The notes beneath the pieces are model-generated. The model was not told the origin of the DNA. It saw only the letters and a program-made list of their open reading frames with translations, and did not search any database. A stretch of DNA of 64,000 bases from Alphaproteobacteria bacterium. Lineage in GTDB: Bacteria; Pseudomonadota; Alphaproteobacteria; Bin95. The translations under genes were made by a program, and so were the position numbers. Shown here in pieces: positions 10,724 through 20,768 of this stretch. Positions within the stretch are counted from its first letter, which is position 1, and every line of letters starts with the position of its first letter. Location of the stretch: the NCBI GenBank assembly GCA_963665325.3, contig CAXXWS020000002.1:32001-96000 (forward strand). The letters run 5' to 3'.

Positions 10724-11907
10724 GCCGCGCGTTCGATGGCCATCGCCGTCGCCTCGCCACCGCCGATGCAGATGGCTGCGACGCCCTTCGTCGCGCCGTC
10801 CTTCCGCATGGCGTTGATGAGCGTCGCCACGATCCGGGCGCCCGACGCGCCGACGGGGTGGCCGAGGGCGCAGGCGCCGCCATGGACGTTCACCTTCTCG
10901 GCCGGCAGCCCGAATTCGCGCATCGCCGCCATCGGCACCACCGCGAACGCTTCGTTGATCTCGTAGAACTCGACCTCGTCCTTGTCCCAGCCGGTCTTCT
11001 CGAACAGCTTCTTCATCGCGCCGATGGGCGCGGTGGTGAACCAGCGCGGCTCCTGGCTGTGCGAGGTATGGGCCACGATGGTAGCGAGCGGGGTGAGCCC
11101 CCGGCGCTCGGCCTCGGAACGACGCATCAGCACCAGCGCGGCCGCGCCGTCGGAAATCGAGCTGGAATTGGCGGGCGTCACCGATCCGTCCTTGGCGAAG
11201 GCCGGCCTCAGGCTCGGGATCTTCTCGATATTGGCGGAAAAGGGCTGTTCGTCCTGCTCAACGACTGATTCGCCGCGCCGGGTCTTCACCGTCATCGGCA
11301 CCATTTCGCCGGAGAAGGTGCCGTCCTCGTTCGCTACGCGGGCGCGGTTCAGCGACCGGATCGCAAATTCGTCCTGCTCTTCCCGGGTGAACTGGAAGTG
11401 CCGCGCCGTCTCCTCGGCGAAATGGCCCATGAGCGCGCCCGGCTCGTAAGCGTCCTCCAGGCCGTCCAGGAACATGGCGTCCTCGAAGCGGCCGTGGCCC
11501 ATGCGCATGCCGGCGCGCGCCTTCTCCACCATGTAGGGGACATTGGTCATGCTCTCGAAGCCGCCGGAGACCATGACATCGTTGGTGCCGGCGAGCAGCA
11601 GGTCGTGGCTCAGCATGGTGGCCTTCATGCCGGAGCCGCAGAGCTTGTTGATCGTGGTGGCGCCCGCCGATTTCGGGATCCCGGCGTGGATGGCGGCCTG
11701 GCGGGCCGGCCCCTGCCGCTGGCCGTGCGGCAGCACGCAGCCGAGGATCACCTCATCAACGTCATCCGCCGCGACGCCCGCGCTCTCAAGCGCGCCGGTA
11801 ATCGCGCGGGTGCCGAGTTCCGGCCCCGTCGCGTCCTTCAGTACGCCCTGGAAACTCCCCATCGGCGTGCGCGCCATGCCCACAATGACGACCGGATCCG
11901 CGTTCAT
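10720..11907 (-). CDS. Acetyl-CoA C-acyltransferase (thiolase)
   Basis: [24 protein letters not shown] catalytic motifs. Confidence 0.96.
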   Translation of the reverse strand: MNADPVVIVGMARTPMGSFQGVLKDATGPELGTRAITGALESAGVAADDVDEVILGCVLPHGQRQGPARQAAIHAGIPKSAGATTINKLCGSGMKATMLSHDLLLAGTNDVMVSGGFESMTNVPYMVEKARAGMRMGHGRFEDAMFLDGLEDAYEPGALMGHFAEETARHFQFTREEQDEFAIRSLNRARVANEDGTFSGEMVPMTVKTRRGESVVEQDEQPFSANIEKIPSLRPAFAKDGSVTPANSSSISDGAAALVLMRRSEAERRGLTPLATIVAHTSHSQEPRWFTTAPIGAMKKLFEKTGWDKDEVEFYEINEAFAVVPMAAMREFGLPAEKVNVHGGACALGHPVGASGARIVATLINAMRKDGATKGVAAICIGGGEATAMAIERAA

Positions 11908-12000
11908 GACTCACTCCTTTGTTGCGGTGCAGCATTCATCATATTGCGTCCGCCGCGCTTGTCCACTCCTCAGGCGCAATCGGTCGCAGGTGACGGCCGG

Positions 12001-12867
12001 TCAGTTGTTCGCGGCCCGCCGGCTCCATTCTATCCAGGAACCGTCGTAGAGGTGCAAGCGTTCCAGAGGATAGCCCATCAGGTAGAGCGCGAGCATCGGC
12101 GTGGCGGCGCGCACGCCGGAATGACAGTAGAAGATGTGGTCCTGCTCCGGCTCGAAGCCGGCCTGCCGGAGCAAAGCGCCGATTTCGGCGGCGGCCCGGA
12201 ACTCCGAGGGCCGGCCCTCATCCGCCCTGCGAAACGCCCGCCAGCCGATGAAGCGGGCCTGCCCGATGGGGCCCGTTTCCTTCCACTCCGGCGGGTCGCG
12301 CGCATCCCAGATATGGGTTCCCGCCTCCGGGCGGGCTTCGGAAACCTCGCCGATGCCGGCTGTCCAGCCGGCGAGCGCAGGCGCGGCGATGAAACTGCCG
12401 GCCTCCGGCGCCGCCCGGCCGGGTCCGCGTTCGACGGGATAGCCCGCCTCATCCCAGGCCCGCCAGCCGCCATCGAGTATCCTCACATCGGTCTTTCCAT
12501 AGAGCCGGAAAAGCCACCAGAGGCGCGCGGCATCGTAAGCGTTGTCGTAGACGACCACGGGGGTTTCGTCGTTTATGCCGAGCCCGCGGGCGAAGGCTTG
12601 GAAACGGGCCCGGTCCGCCGCCATGCCGTTACGGTCGGTATAGGCGCGGCGCGGGACGTGGCGCGCGCCGGGAATGTGGCCGAGCAGCCAGCGCCTCTTG
12701 CCGACAGTTCCGAGCACTACGGGGCCGGGGTCAGGACCGTCCAGCGCGGCTTTCAGTTCGGCGGCGGCAATCAGCGCATGGCCGCGCGGGAAGCCCTTGT
12801 ACCGTTCGGCATGCGCGGGGCTGCACAGGAGGGGAACGGCGAGTAGCAGGAGGATGGCGCGGAGCAT
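12001..12867 (-). CDS. Secreted tandem-domain rhodanese/sulfurtransferase
   Basis: Signal peptide MLRAILLLLAVPLL...AHA; GHIPGA, YCHSGVRA, LYDGSWIEW. Confidence 0.88.
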   Translation of the reverse strand: MLRAILLLLAVPLLCSPAHAERYKGFPRGHALIAAAELKAALDGPDPGPVVLGTVGKRRWLLGHIPGARHVPRRAYTDRNGMAADRARFQAFARGLGINDETPVVVYDNAYDAARLWWLFRLYGKTDVRILDGGWRAWDEAGYPVERGPGRAAPEAGSFIAAPALAGWTAGIGEVSEARPEAGTHIWDARDPPEWKETGPIGQARFIGWRAFRRADEGRPSEFRAAAEIGALLRQAGFEPEQDHIFYCHSGVRAATPMLALYLMGYPLERLHLYDGSWIEWSRRAANN

Positions 12868-12901
12868 CGCTACCTCTGTTGCAGACCCCGGGGCGGCGAC
12901 T

Positions 12902-13264
12902 CTACGGCCCGCTGCCGAAGATATCGTAAAGCATGGCGGCGACTTCGCCTTCGAGCGGGAAGGAGAGCATGCCGAGCACGGAATATCCGAGCAGCCAAGG
13001 CATGACATAGAACCGGAACAGGAAGAAGAACCAGGCGACGAACAGCGGCACGACGGGGTCGATCAGGAAACCCGGCGTGATCGGCTTGAAGACCTTCAGG
13101 ATCGGGTCCGTCATCTTCACGAAGGCCTTCATGAAGAAGAAATCGGAGGTGACGGGCAGAAAGATGTTCATGGCGGAGCGGCCGACCAGGGTCCACATCG
13201 CTACGCCCAGAACATAATCCAGAAGCACCACCCAGCCGGGCAGCGTGTGTGCGAGGCTATCCAT
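12902..13264 (-). CDS. YggT-family membrane protein
   Basis: Small hydrophobic protein with F..MTDP.L..F motif, in operon with symporter. Confidence 0.65.
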   Translation of the reverse strand: MDSLAHTLPGWVVLLDYVLGVAMWTLVGRSAMNIFLPVTSDFFFMKAFVKMTDPILKVFKPITPGFLIDPVVPLFVAWFFFLFRFYVMPWLLGYSVLGMLSFPLEGEVAAMLYDIFGSGP

Positions 13265-13296
13265 GCCGCCTCGCCCGGCAACCTGTGGACGCGGAT

Positions 13297-13322
13297 GGAG
13301 GCGGGGCCGAAGCCCCGCCTCC
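13297..13322 (-). other. Stable intergenic hairpin with C(UUCG)G tetraloop (mRNA stabiliser or weak terminator)
   Basis: Minus strand GGAGGCGGGGC-TTCG-GCCCCGCCTCC, 11-bp perfect stem directly after symporter; no U-tract on the coding strand. Confidence 0.7.
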
Positions 13323-13348
13323 TTTAGCGCGCGAAGACCGGTCTGCGG

Positions 13349-15166
13349 TCAATGCGTCTCCGCCAGGATCGAATCGCCCGTCGGGATACGGGTTTCATCC
13401 ACCATGGCCTGCGTTTCCGCATCCGGCTCCGGTGTCATCAGCGACACCACCACCATCGTCACCAGCGACACCGGCATGCCGATCATGCCGAAGCGCAGAT
13501 GGTCGATGGACCAGAGCTGAGCTCCGCCGCCATACACATGGTAGAGGTAGATCGACCCCGCCAGGAAGCCGGCGATCATGCCGGCTATGGCGCCCTGCCG
13601 ATTGGCCCTCTTCCACCAGATGCCGAGCACCAGCGGGAAGAACAGCCCCGAGCAGGCGAAGCAGAACGCCCATGCCACCGCGCCCAGGATACCGGTGAGC
13701 TTCAGCGAAGCCACAGCGGCAGCCAACACGCCGATACCGACCAGCAGCACGCGGGCCACAATCAGGCGGCGGCGCGTATCGGCCTGCGGGTCGATGATCT
13801 TGTAGTAGAGATCGTGGCTGAGCGCATTGGCGATCGCCAGCAGCAAGCCGTCGGCGGTGGACATGGCAGCCGCCATGCCGCCAGCCGCGACCAGGCCGGA
13901 GATCACATAGGGCAGGCCGGCGATCTCCGGAGTGGCCAGCACGACGATGTCGGGCCGCATGAAGAACTCGTTGAGCTGCACGATGCCGTCGCCGCTCTGG
14001 TCGACGACCGACAGCATGCCCACGGCCGACCAGTTCTTCACCCACTCCAGCGCCATTACATCTTCCACCGCCTTGCCGACCACCGCAGTGGCGAGGGTCG
14101 GGTCCAGCAGCTGCAGCTTCGTCAGCGTGGCGAGAGCCGGCGCCGAGAAATACAGCAGGAAGATGAAGAACAGCGACCAACCGACCGACTTGCGCGCCTG
14201 GCGCACCGACGGCGTCGTGAAATACCGCATAAGGATATGCGGCAGCGACGCCGTGCCGGCCATCATGCATAGCGCCAGCGTCACGAACTTCCAGCTGTCG
14301 AGCGAGGTTTGCGGGTCGAAATGCGCTGTCGTCAGCACTTTCAGCCCCGCTACGGCCTCGGCCGCCGGCTGCAGTCCGTACTCCGCCTCGAGCTGGGCTA
14401 TCCGCTGTGCGGCCTCGCCGTAGCCGAAATGCGGAATGATGCCGAAGCCCTGTTCGTTCGACATCCAGATCAACGGCACCAGATAGGCGATGATGAGCAC
14501 GATATACTGCGCCACCTGCGTCCAGGTCACGCCGCGCATGCCGCCCAGCATGGAGCAGAGCAGGATACCCAGCAGTCCGAACCACACGCCGAACTCGAAC
14601 GGGATGGAGAGCGCCCGCGCCGCGATCGTGCCGGTGGCGTTGATCTGCGCCGTCACATAGGTGAAGGACGCCACCACGAGAACGAAGACCGCGCAGAACC
14701 GCGCCAGGTTGCCGCCGTAACGGGTGCCGATGAAGTCAGGCACCGTGTAGCAGCCGAACTTGCGCAGATAGGGCGCCATCAGCGCGTTGACCAGCACATA
14801 GCCGCCGGTCCAGCCGATGACGAAGCCCAGATAGGGATAGCCGCCGAAATAGATGCCGCCGGCAAGCGCCACGAAGGACGCGCCGGACATCCAGTCCGCC
14901 GCCGTCGCCATGCCGTTGTAGAGGGCCGGGACCTCCCGTCCCGCGACGTAATAGGCATCTACCTGCATGGTGCGCGACAGCCAGCCGATGGTGGCGTAGA
15001 TCGCGAGGGTGAAGAGCAGGAACAGCACGCCGATGGTCCTGGCGCCGGCGCCGAACTGCTCGATAATGGCCATGAGGGCGAAGAAGGCGAGGAAACCCAG
15101 CGTGTACAAGCCGTACACCTTCCCCAGCTTATCGACGAACCTCGTGCCTTGCGCTTGTGCGTTCAT
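13349..15166 (-). CDS. Sodium:solute symporter (ActP/VC_2705-like)
   Basis: NGMATAADWMSGASF, GGMRGVTWTQVAQY, LPHILMRYFT, AAMSTADGLL. Confidence 0.94.
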   Translation of the reverse strand: MNAQAQGTRFVDKLGKVYGLYTLGFLAFFALMAIIEQFGAGARTIGVLFLLFTLAIYATIGWLSRTMQVDAYYVAGREVPALYNGMATAADWMSGASFVALAGGIYFGGYPYLGFVIGWTGGYVLVNALMAPYLRKFGCYTVPDFIGTRYGGNLARFCAVFVLVVASFTYVTAQINATGTIAARALSIPFEFGVWFGLLGILLCSMLGGMRGVTWTQVAQYIVLIIAYLVPLIWMSNEQGFGIIPHFGYGEAAQRIAQLEAEYGLQPAAEAVAGLKVLTTAHFDPQTSLDSWKFVTLALCMMAGTASLPHILMRYFTTPSVRQARKSVGWSLFFIFLLYFSAPALATLTKLQLLDPTLATAVVGKAVEDVMALEWVKNWSAVGMLSVVDQSGDGIVQLNEFFMRPDIVVLATPEIAGLPYVISGLVAAGGMAAAMSTADGLLLAIANALSHDLYYKIIDPQADTRRRLIVARVLLVGIGVLAAAVASLKLTGILGAVAWAFCFACSGLFFPLVLGIWWKRANRQGAIAGMIAGFLAGSIYLYHVYGGGAQLWSIDHLRFGMIGMPVSLVTMVVVSLMTPEPDAETQAMVDETRIPTGDSILAETH

Positions 15167-15178
15167 GAGCCGCTCCCC

Positions 15179-15442
15179 TTACTCTTCGGCCACCCCGTGC
15201 TCTTCGTCGATATTGTCCTGGAAGATGTTTTGGACAACGATCAGAAGCACGAAGATGATCAGCGAGCCCTGTACTATGAAATAGTAACCGAGCGGGAATC
15301 CGAGGAAGGACGCCCCGTCTAAGTCCTTGGCGAACCATGGCACCACGTATCCGAACAGGAACCAGATCGCCAAGACTATATAGGTTAGGGTGGACGTCTT
15401 CCTCCAGTGAGATTGCCGAGTTTCGGCGCTAACTTCCGCCAT
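15179..15442 (-). CDS. DUF4212 / solute:sodium symporter small subunit
   Basis: HW.KT..LT, GFPLGYYF..QGSLIIFV; directly upstream of symporter. Confidence 0.88.
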   Translation of the reverse strand: MAEVSAETRQSHWRKTSTLTYIVLAIWFLFGYVVPWFAKDLDGASFLGFPLGYYFIVQGSLIIFVLLIVVQNIFQDNIDEEHGVAEE

Positions 15443-15582
15443 GCGTCTCTCTCCCCTTCCTTTTTGTTGTTCGGACGTCGGCCTCCCCAGCCTTTCCGAT
15501 CGGCACTCAGGACATATTCTCAGGATCGGGGATACCATACCGCACCGAGCCACAGTCGCCTATAATCGAGATTCCTGCGCCT

Positions 15583-16266
15583 GTGAACCCGAAAAAAGCG
15601 GATATGTTGCGCAAGAGCGTCGTCGGTCTTGGAGCAATTGTGGAAAGATTTCGTCCGCGTTTCGAGCGCCACAGGCTCGATACGCCGGATACGCTTGCCG
15701 ACTTTCTGCGCACCCGCTCTTCCTATGTCGCGCAGACCGCGCTGTACGGTTATCTGAAGACGCGAATGGGTACGAGCTACCGGAGTTATTTTGAGGATGA
15801 CACCTTCTCGGCCTCGATCCGCACGGCTGCCCAGAAGCTTTTTCTGTCCTGTCTTGCGGATCTGACAGTATTTGCGGCGGCGCTCTCTGAAAGGGACGGC
15901 GCGCTGCCGCGTGGCGGAGCGGTAGCGCTGGCGCTGCGTTGTTTCCGGCAGGCGGCGGAGCACAGCCTTGCCGAAGCGGGCGCCGGTCCGGTGCCGGCCG
16001 ACACGCTGGAGCGATTCGCCCTGCGTGTGCGGGCAATCGACTGGGCGGCGGCGGCGGAAGGCCGGCACGCCTTTGCGGGCAGCGAGGCCGATCTGGTGCG
16101 ATTCGCGCCGGTCATCGACGAATACAAGGAGCTTGACCGCGAGATCGTGACGAACTCGATCCGGTTCCGCTGGCGCGACGTGCGCGACCAGCTTCGCCGC
16201 CGGCTCGACGCCCCGGCGCTGGGCGGCGCCATGCGGCAGGACGGCGCCGCCGCGTCAGACTGCTGA
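15583..16266 (+). CDS. Conserved hypothetical protein
   Basis: Protein-like composition (SYVAQTALYGYLKTRMGT, NSIRFRW); divergent from symporter operon; start uncertain. Confidence 0.75.
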   Translation: MNPKKADMLRKSVVGLGAIVERFRPRFERHRLDTPDTLADFLRTRSSYVAQTALYGYLKTRMGTSYRSYFEDDTFSASIRTAAQKLFLSCLADLTVFAAALSERDGALPRGGAVALALRCFRQAAEHSLAEAGAGPVPADTLERFALRVRAIDWAAAAEGRHAFAGSEADLVRFAPVIDEYKELDREIVTNSIRFRWRDVRDQLRRRLDAPALGGAMRQDGAAASDC

Positions 16267-17640
16267 AGCGCCGCCCCGGTCCGATGGACTGTCCTGCTTC
16301 GGATGCAATTGCCTGCCCGCGACCCAGCTTGCGCGGACGACGCGGTCGTCGCCCAGGATCATCAGGGCGAGCAGCGTGTCGGCGAGCGTCTCGCTGAGGG
16401 CGTCGCGCGCGGCGAGAAGCGGCGTTGCGCAGGGATCGAGCACGACGAGGTCGGCGTAACGGCCCGGCTCAAGCCGTCCGATTTCGTCCTCCAGGCCCAG
16501 CGCTTCGGCATTGCCGAGGGTCGCCAGGTAGAAGGCGCGCTCCGGCGATAGCCGCCGTCCCCGCAGTAGCGCGGTGCGATAGGCGGAACCGAGGGTCGCG
16601 GGGAGGGAATAGCTGGTGCCGCCGCCGATGTCGGTGGCGACGGCGAGACGGGGCGCGGCGTTTCCGGCGGCCGGTGAATAGGGCCCGATATCGAACAGGC
16701 CCGAGCCCAGGAAGGCATTCGAGGTCGGGCAGTGGACCACCGCCGAGCCGGCTTCGCCCAGCCGCTCGCGTTCGCGCGCCGAAAGGTGGACGCCGTGGGC
16801 AAACAGGCTCTGCGGCCCCAGCAGGCCGAAGCGGTCGTAAACGTCGGTGTAGTCGGCGCAGTCCGGGAACAGCCGGGCCACTTCGGCGATTTCCTCCTGC
16901 GTCTCGGACAGGTGCGTTTGCATCAGCGCGTCCGGATAGCTCTTGAGGAACTCGCCGCCGGCGGCTAGCTGCGCCGCCCCCGATGTAACGGCGAAGCGGG
17001 GCGAGAGCGCATAGCGCAGGCGCCCCCGCCCGTGCCAGCGGGCATAGAGCCGCTCGCTTGCGCGCAGCCCGGTTTCGGCGTCGTCGCGGAGTGCTGCGGG
17101 CGCGCCCCGGTCCATGAGGGTCTTGCCGGCGGCGAGCGCCATGCCCCGGCGTTCCGCGGCCACGAACAGCCGGTCGGCGGCCTCCTCGTGGACCGTGGAG
17201 AAGACAAGCGTGGCGGTGGTGCCGTGGGCCAGCAGGAGGTCGAGGAAAGTCTCGGCCGCCGCCGCGGCATGGTCCGCATCCGCATAGCGCTGCTCTTCCG
17301 GGAAGGCGAAGCGGTCCAGCCAGTCCAGGAGGCCGCGGCCTCCTGCGGCGACGATGCGGTATTGGGGGAAGTGGACATGCGGGTCGACAAATCCCGGCAG
17401 GACCAGGCATCGGCCGTAATCCCGCTCCGGCGCGTCGGCAAAGTCCGCAGGCAGGTCGGCGGCAGCGCCCCTCCAGGCGATGCGGCCCTGCCTCAGCGCG
17501 AGCGCGCCGGCGGGAAGATCGCGGACGGCGGCGCTGCCGAGCGCCGCCGGGTCGCCGGACCAGTCGATCAGGCGTCCCAGAACGACGCAATCCGCGCCGT
17601 TCCGGGAAGATGGGCCGCTACTGGGGCAGCTTGTCGTCAA
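16255..17640 (-). CDS. guaD: Guanine deaminase
   Basis: PGFVDPHVHFPQ, SPRFA, QTHLSE, HCPTSNAFLGSG, ATDIGGGTS; start uncertain. Confidence 0.92.
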   Translation of the reverse strand: MTTSCPSSGPSSRNGADCVVLGRLIDWSGDPAALGSAAVRDLPAGALALRQGRIAWRGAAADLPADFADAPERDYGRCLVLPGFVDPHVHFPQYRIVAAGGRGLLDWLDRFAFPEEQRYADADHAAAAAETFLDLLLAHGTTATLVFSTVHEEAADRLFVAAERRGMALAAGKTLMDRGAPAALRDDAETGLRASERLYARWHGRGRLRYALSPRFAVTSGAAQLAAGGEFLKSYPDALMQTHLSETQEEIAEVARLFPDCADYTDVYDRFGLLGPQSLFAHGVHLSARERERLGEAGSAVVHCPTSNAFLGSGLFDIGPYSPAAGNAAPRLAVATDIGGGTSYSLPATLGSAYRTALLRGRRLSPERAFYLATLGNAEALGLEDEIGRLEPGRYADLVVLDPCATPLLAARDALSETLADTLLALMILGDDRVVRASWVAGRQLHPKQDSPSDRGGASAV

Positions 17641-18682
17641 CGCCCTTCACATACCAGTTCATGCCGAGCAGCATGCCGTCATCGGCCCGCTCGCCCTCTG
17701 CGATGCGGAGCTTGCCCTCCTGGTCGTGGATCGGGCCGGTGAAGGGATGGAACTCGCCCGAGCGGATCTTCGCCTCCATCGCGGCGGCGTCCGCGGCGAC
17801 ATCCTCCGGCAGGTCGGTGTAGGGGGCCATGACCACCATGTCGGCGTCGAACCCGCCCCACACGTCGCCCGATTCCCATGTCCCGTCGAGAACGGCCTTC
17901 ACGCGGGCGATGTAATAGGCGCTCCAGTCGTCGATGATCGCGGTGTAGTGGGCGCCGGGCGCGAACGCATCCATGTCGGAGGCCTGGCCGAAACCGTGCA
18001 CGCCGCGCTCGCCGGCGATCTGGATCGGCGCCGGGCTGTCGGTGTGCTGCGTGATGATGTCGGCGCCCTGGTCGATCAGCGCCTTGGCCGCGTCGGCCTC
18101 CTTGCCGGGATCGAACCAGGTGTTCACCCAGACGATCTTCAGCTTGAAGTCGGGGTTGACCGACTGCGCCCCGAGCAGGAAGGCATTGATGCCGCGCACA
18201 ACTTCGGGAATCGGGAAGGACGCCACATAGCCCGCAACGCCCGACTTGGACATCTTCGCCGCGATCTGGCCGATGACATAGCGGCCCTCATAGAAGCGCG
18301 CGGAGTAGGTCGCGACATTGTCGGCCCGCTTGTAGCCCGTGCCATGCTCGAACTTCACGTCCGGAAAGCGCTTGGCGACCTTGATCGTCGGGTTCATGAA
18401 GCCGAATGAGGTCGTGAAGATGATGTCCGCACCCTCGCGCGCAAACCGCTCGATGGCGCGCTCGGCGTCCGGGCCCTCCGCCACGTTCTCGACATAGAGG
18501 GTCTCGACCTTGTCGCCGAAGGCCTTCTCCACGGCGAGGCGGCCCTGGTCGTGCTGGTAGGTCCAGCCATGGTCGCCGATCGGGCCCACATAAACGAACG
18601 CCGCCTTGACGGGATCGGCGGCCTGGGCGGCCGGAAACGCCAGCGCCATGGCGAAGGCGGCGAGGATGGTAGCTCTCAACAT
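17618..18682 (-). CDS. BMP-family ABC substrate-binding protein (purine/nucleoside)
   Basis: YVGPIGDHGWTYQH, TSFGFM, WFDPGKEADAA, QHTDS. Confidence 0.93.
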   Translation of the reverse strand: MLRATILAAFAMALAFPAAQAADPVKAAFVYVGPIGDHGWTYQHDQGRLAVEKAFGDKVETLYVENVAEGPDAERAIERFAREGADIIFTTSFGFMNPTIKVAKRFPDVKFEHGTGYKRADNVATYSARFYEGRYVIGQIAAKMSKSGVAGYVASFPIPEVVRGINAFLLGAQSVNPDFKLKIVWVNTWFDPGKEADAAKALIDQGADIITQHTDSPAPIQIAGERGVHGFGQASDMDAFAPGAHYTAIIDDWSAYYIARVKAVLDGTWESGDVWGGFDADMVVMAPYTDLPEDVAADAAAMEAKIRSGEFHPFTGPIHDQEGKLRIAEGERADDGMLLGMNWYVKGVDDKLPQ

Positions 18683-18757
18683 TCCCTGTTCTCCAACTGG
18701 GCCCGAGGGCCGTATTTCCATGCCCGGCCGGTCGGGAGCACCGGGAGACGGCGGCCC

Positions 18758-19678
18758 CTACCGGTCGGGGACGAAGACCTGTCCGAGACATGCCGGCGAG
18801 TCGTTTCTCGCCCTCCATCGGTCGCGCGAGAGTATCACCAGCGCCGCGATCGTCGCAATATATGGCAGGGCCGAAAGGAACTGCGACGGCAGCGGGATTC
18901 CTTCAGCCTGTGCATGAAATTGGAGGATGAGCGCGCCGCCGAAGAGATAGGCCCCGATGGCGGCGCGCAGCGGCATCCAGCTTGCGAACACCACGAGCGC
19001 GAGCGCGATCCAGCCCCGCCCGGCGGTCATGCCCTCGACCCATTGCGGCGTGTAGGCGAGCGAAAGATAGCCGCCCGCCAGCCCGGAACAGGCCCCGCCG
19101 AACAACACTGCCAGGAAGCGCGTGCGAATGACGTGCACGCCGAGCATGTGAGCGGATCCGTGGTTGTTGCCGACGGCGCGAAGCGCAAGGCCGGCGCGCG
19201 TATGGAAAAGGAAGCGGGAGACGCATACCGCCAGCGCAACCGAGACATAGACCAGCGGATCCTGCCCGAACAGGACGGTCCCGACCACCGGCAGGTCGGT
19301 CAGGAACGGGATGTCGATCCGCTCGAGCCTGAGGCCCGGCTGGCCGATGAACGCCTCTCCGATCATGCCCGAGAGGCCGAGCCCGAGCAGGGTGAGCGCG
19401 AGCCCGGAGGCGACTTGGTTGGCCGCAAGCCGCAGCACCAGGAAGCCGAACAGGCTGGCAAGCGCCATGCCGCCGGCCATGGCGGCGCACGCTCCCAGAT
19501 AAGGCGAGCCCGTCAATTGGGCGCCGGCGAAGCCCGTTACGGCCCCGACGATCATCATGCCCTCGACGCCGAGATTGAGGACGCCCGAGCGCTCTGTCAC
19601 CAGTTCGCCGAGCGCTGCGATCAGCAGCGGAGTCGCCGCGGTGACGATGGTGAGGATGACCGCCTCGAAGCCGGTCAC
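18758..19678 (-). CDS. Nucleoside/purine ABC transporter permease
   Basis: ERSGVLNLGVEGMM, AGRGWIALALV. Confidence 0.93.
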   Translation of the reverse strand: MTGFEAVILTIVTAATPLLIAALGELVTERSGVLNLGVEGMMIVGAVTGFAGAQLTGSPYLGACAAMAGGMALASLFGFLVLRLAANQVASGLALTLLGLGLSGMIGEAFIGQPGLRLERIDIPFLTDLPVVGTVLFGQDPLVYVSVALAVCVSRFLFHTRAGLALRAVGNNHGSAHMLGVHVIRTRFLAVLFGGACSGLAGGYLSLAYTPQWVEGMTAGRGWIALALVVFASWMPLRAAIGAYLFGGALILQFHAQAEGIPLPSQFLSALPYIATIAALVILSRDRWRARNDSPACLGQVFVPDR

Positions 19679-20763
19679 GGCGCGTCCTCCGCGCGCCTTG
19701 CCGGGCGCCGCGTCGGTTGGATGTGGACGCGGTAGCGGATGAACATGTCGCAGGCCAGTACGAAGATCAGGATCGCCCCCTGGAACACGCGGGCGATCTT
19801 GTCGGAGACACCGAGCGAGACCTGGGCCGACTCGCCGCCGATATAGGTGAGCGCCAGCAACAGCGAGGCGAACAGCACGCCCACCGGGTTCAGCCGGCCG
19901 AGAAAGGCGGCGATGATGGCCGTGAAGCCGTAGCCGGGCGAGATGGAAGGGTGAAGCTGCCCGATGGTGCCCGACACTTCCGAGATGCCGGCAAGCCCTG
20001 CGAGGCCGCCGGAAATCATCAGCACGGTCATGATGGACCGCCGTTCGGAAAACCCGGCGAAGGCGCCCGCACGCGGCGACGCCCCGATGACCCGGAACTC
20101 GAACCCCTTGAGCGTGCGTCCGAGGACGATGGCGAGCGCCGCCACTGCGATGAGGGCGAGCACCGTGCCGTAATGCATCCGCCCGGCGAGCGCCGGTATC
20201 ACCGCATCGGCTTCGAAGAGCCGCGATTCGGGGAAATTATAGCCTTCCGGATTGCGCCACGGGCCGCGCACCAGCCAGTCGAGCAGGAGTTGCGCCACAT
20301 AGACCAACATCAGCGAGGTCAGGATTTCGCTGGCGCCGAATCGGACGCGGAAGAAGGCGGGTATCGCCGCCCAGGCCATGCCGCCCAGCACGCCGCATAC
20401 CAGCACGGCCGGCAGCAGCAGCGGCCCCTGCAGATCGGGCAGCATGACCGGCAGGGTTGACCCGCAAACGGCCCCGATCGTGTATTGCCCCTCCGCGCCG
20501 ATGTTCCAGACATTGGCGCGGAAGACGACTGCCAGGCCGACGCCGATCAGGGCCAGCGGCGTCGCCTTGACGACAATTTCCTCCAGCGACCACGCCTCGG
20601 TAAGCGGCTTGACGAAATAGACGTACAAGGCCCGGAGCGGATCGTATCCCATCGCTGCGAACAGGAAGGTGCCGAAGACCAGCGTGAGGCCCAGCGCCAA
20701 TAGCGGCGACAGCCAGACCATGAGCCGGGAGTCTTCGCTCCGCTGCCGGAGTTCGATCCGCAT
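19675..20763 (-). CDS. Nucleoside/purine ABC transporter permease
   Basis: WNIGAEGQY, EILTSLML, GYGFTAI..AFLGRLNP. Confidence 0.93.
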   Translation of the reverse strand: MRIELRQRSEDSRLMVWLSPLLALGLTLVFGTFLFAAMGYDPLRALYVYFVKPLTEAWSLEEIVVKATPLALIGVGLAVVFRANVWNIGAEGQYTIGAVCGSTLPVMLPDLQGPLLLPAVLVCGVLGGMAWAAIPAFFRVRFGASEILTSLMLVYVAQLLLDWLVRGPWRNPEGYNFPESRLFEADAVIPALAGRMHYGTVLALIAVAALAIVLGRTLKGFEFRVIGASPRAGAFAGFSERRSIMTVLMISGGLAGLAGISEVSGTIGQLHPSISPGYGFTAIIAAFLGRLNPVGVLFASLLLALTYIGGESAQVSLGVSDKIARVFQGAILIFVLACDMFIRYRVHIQPTRRPARRAEDAP

Positions 20764-20768
20764 GCCGG

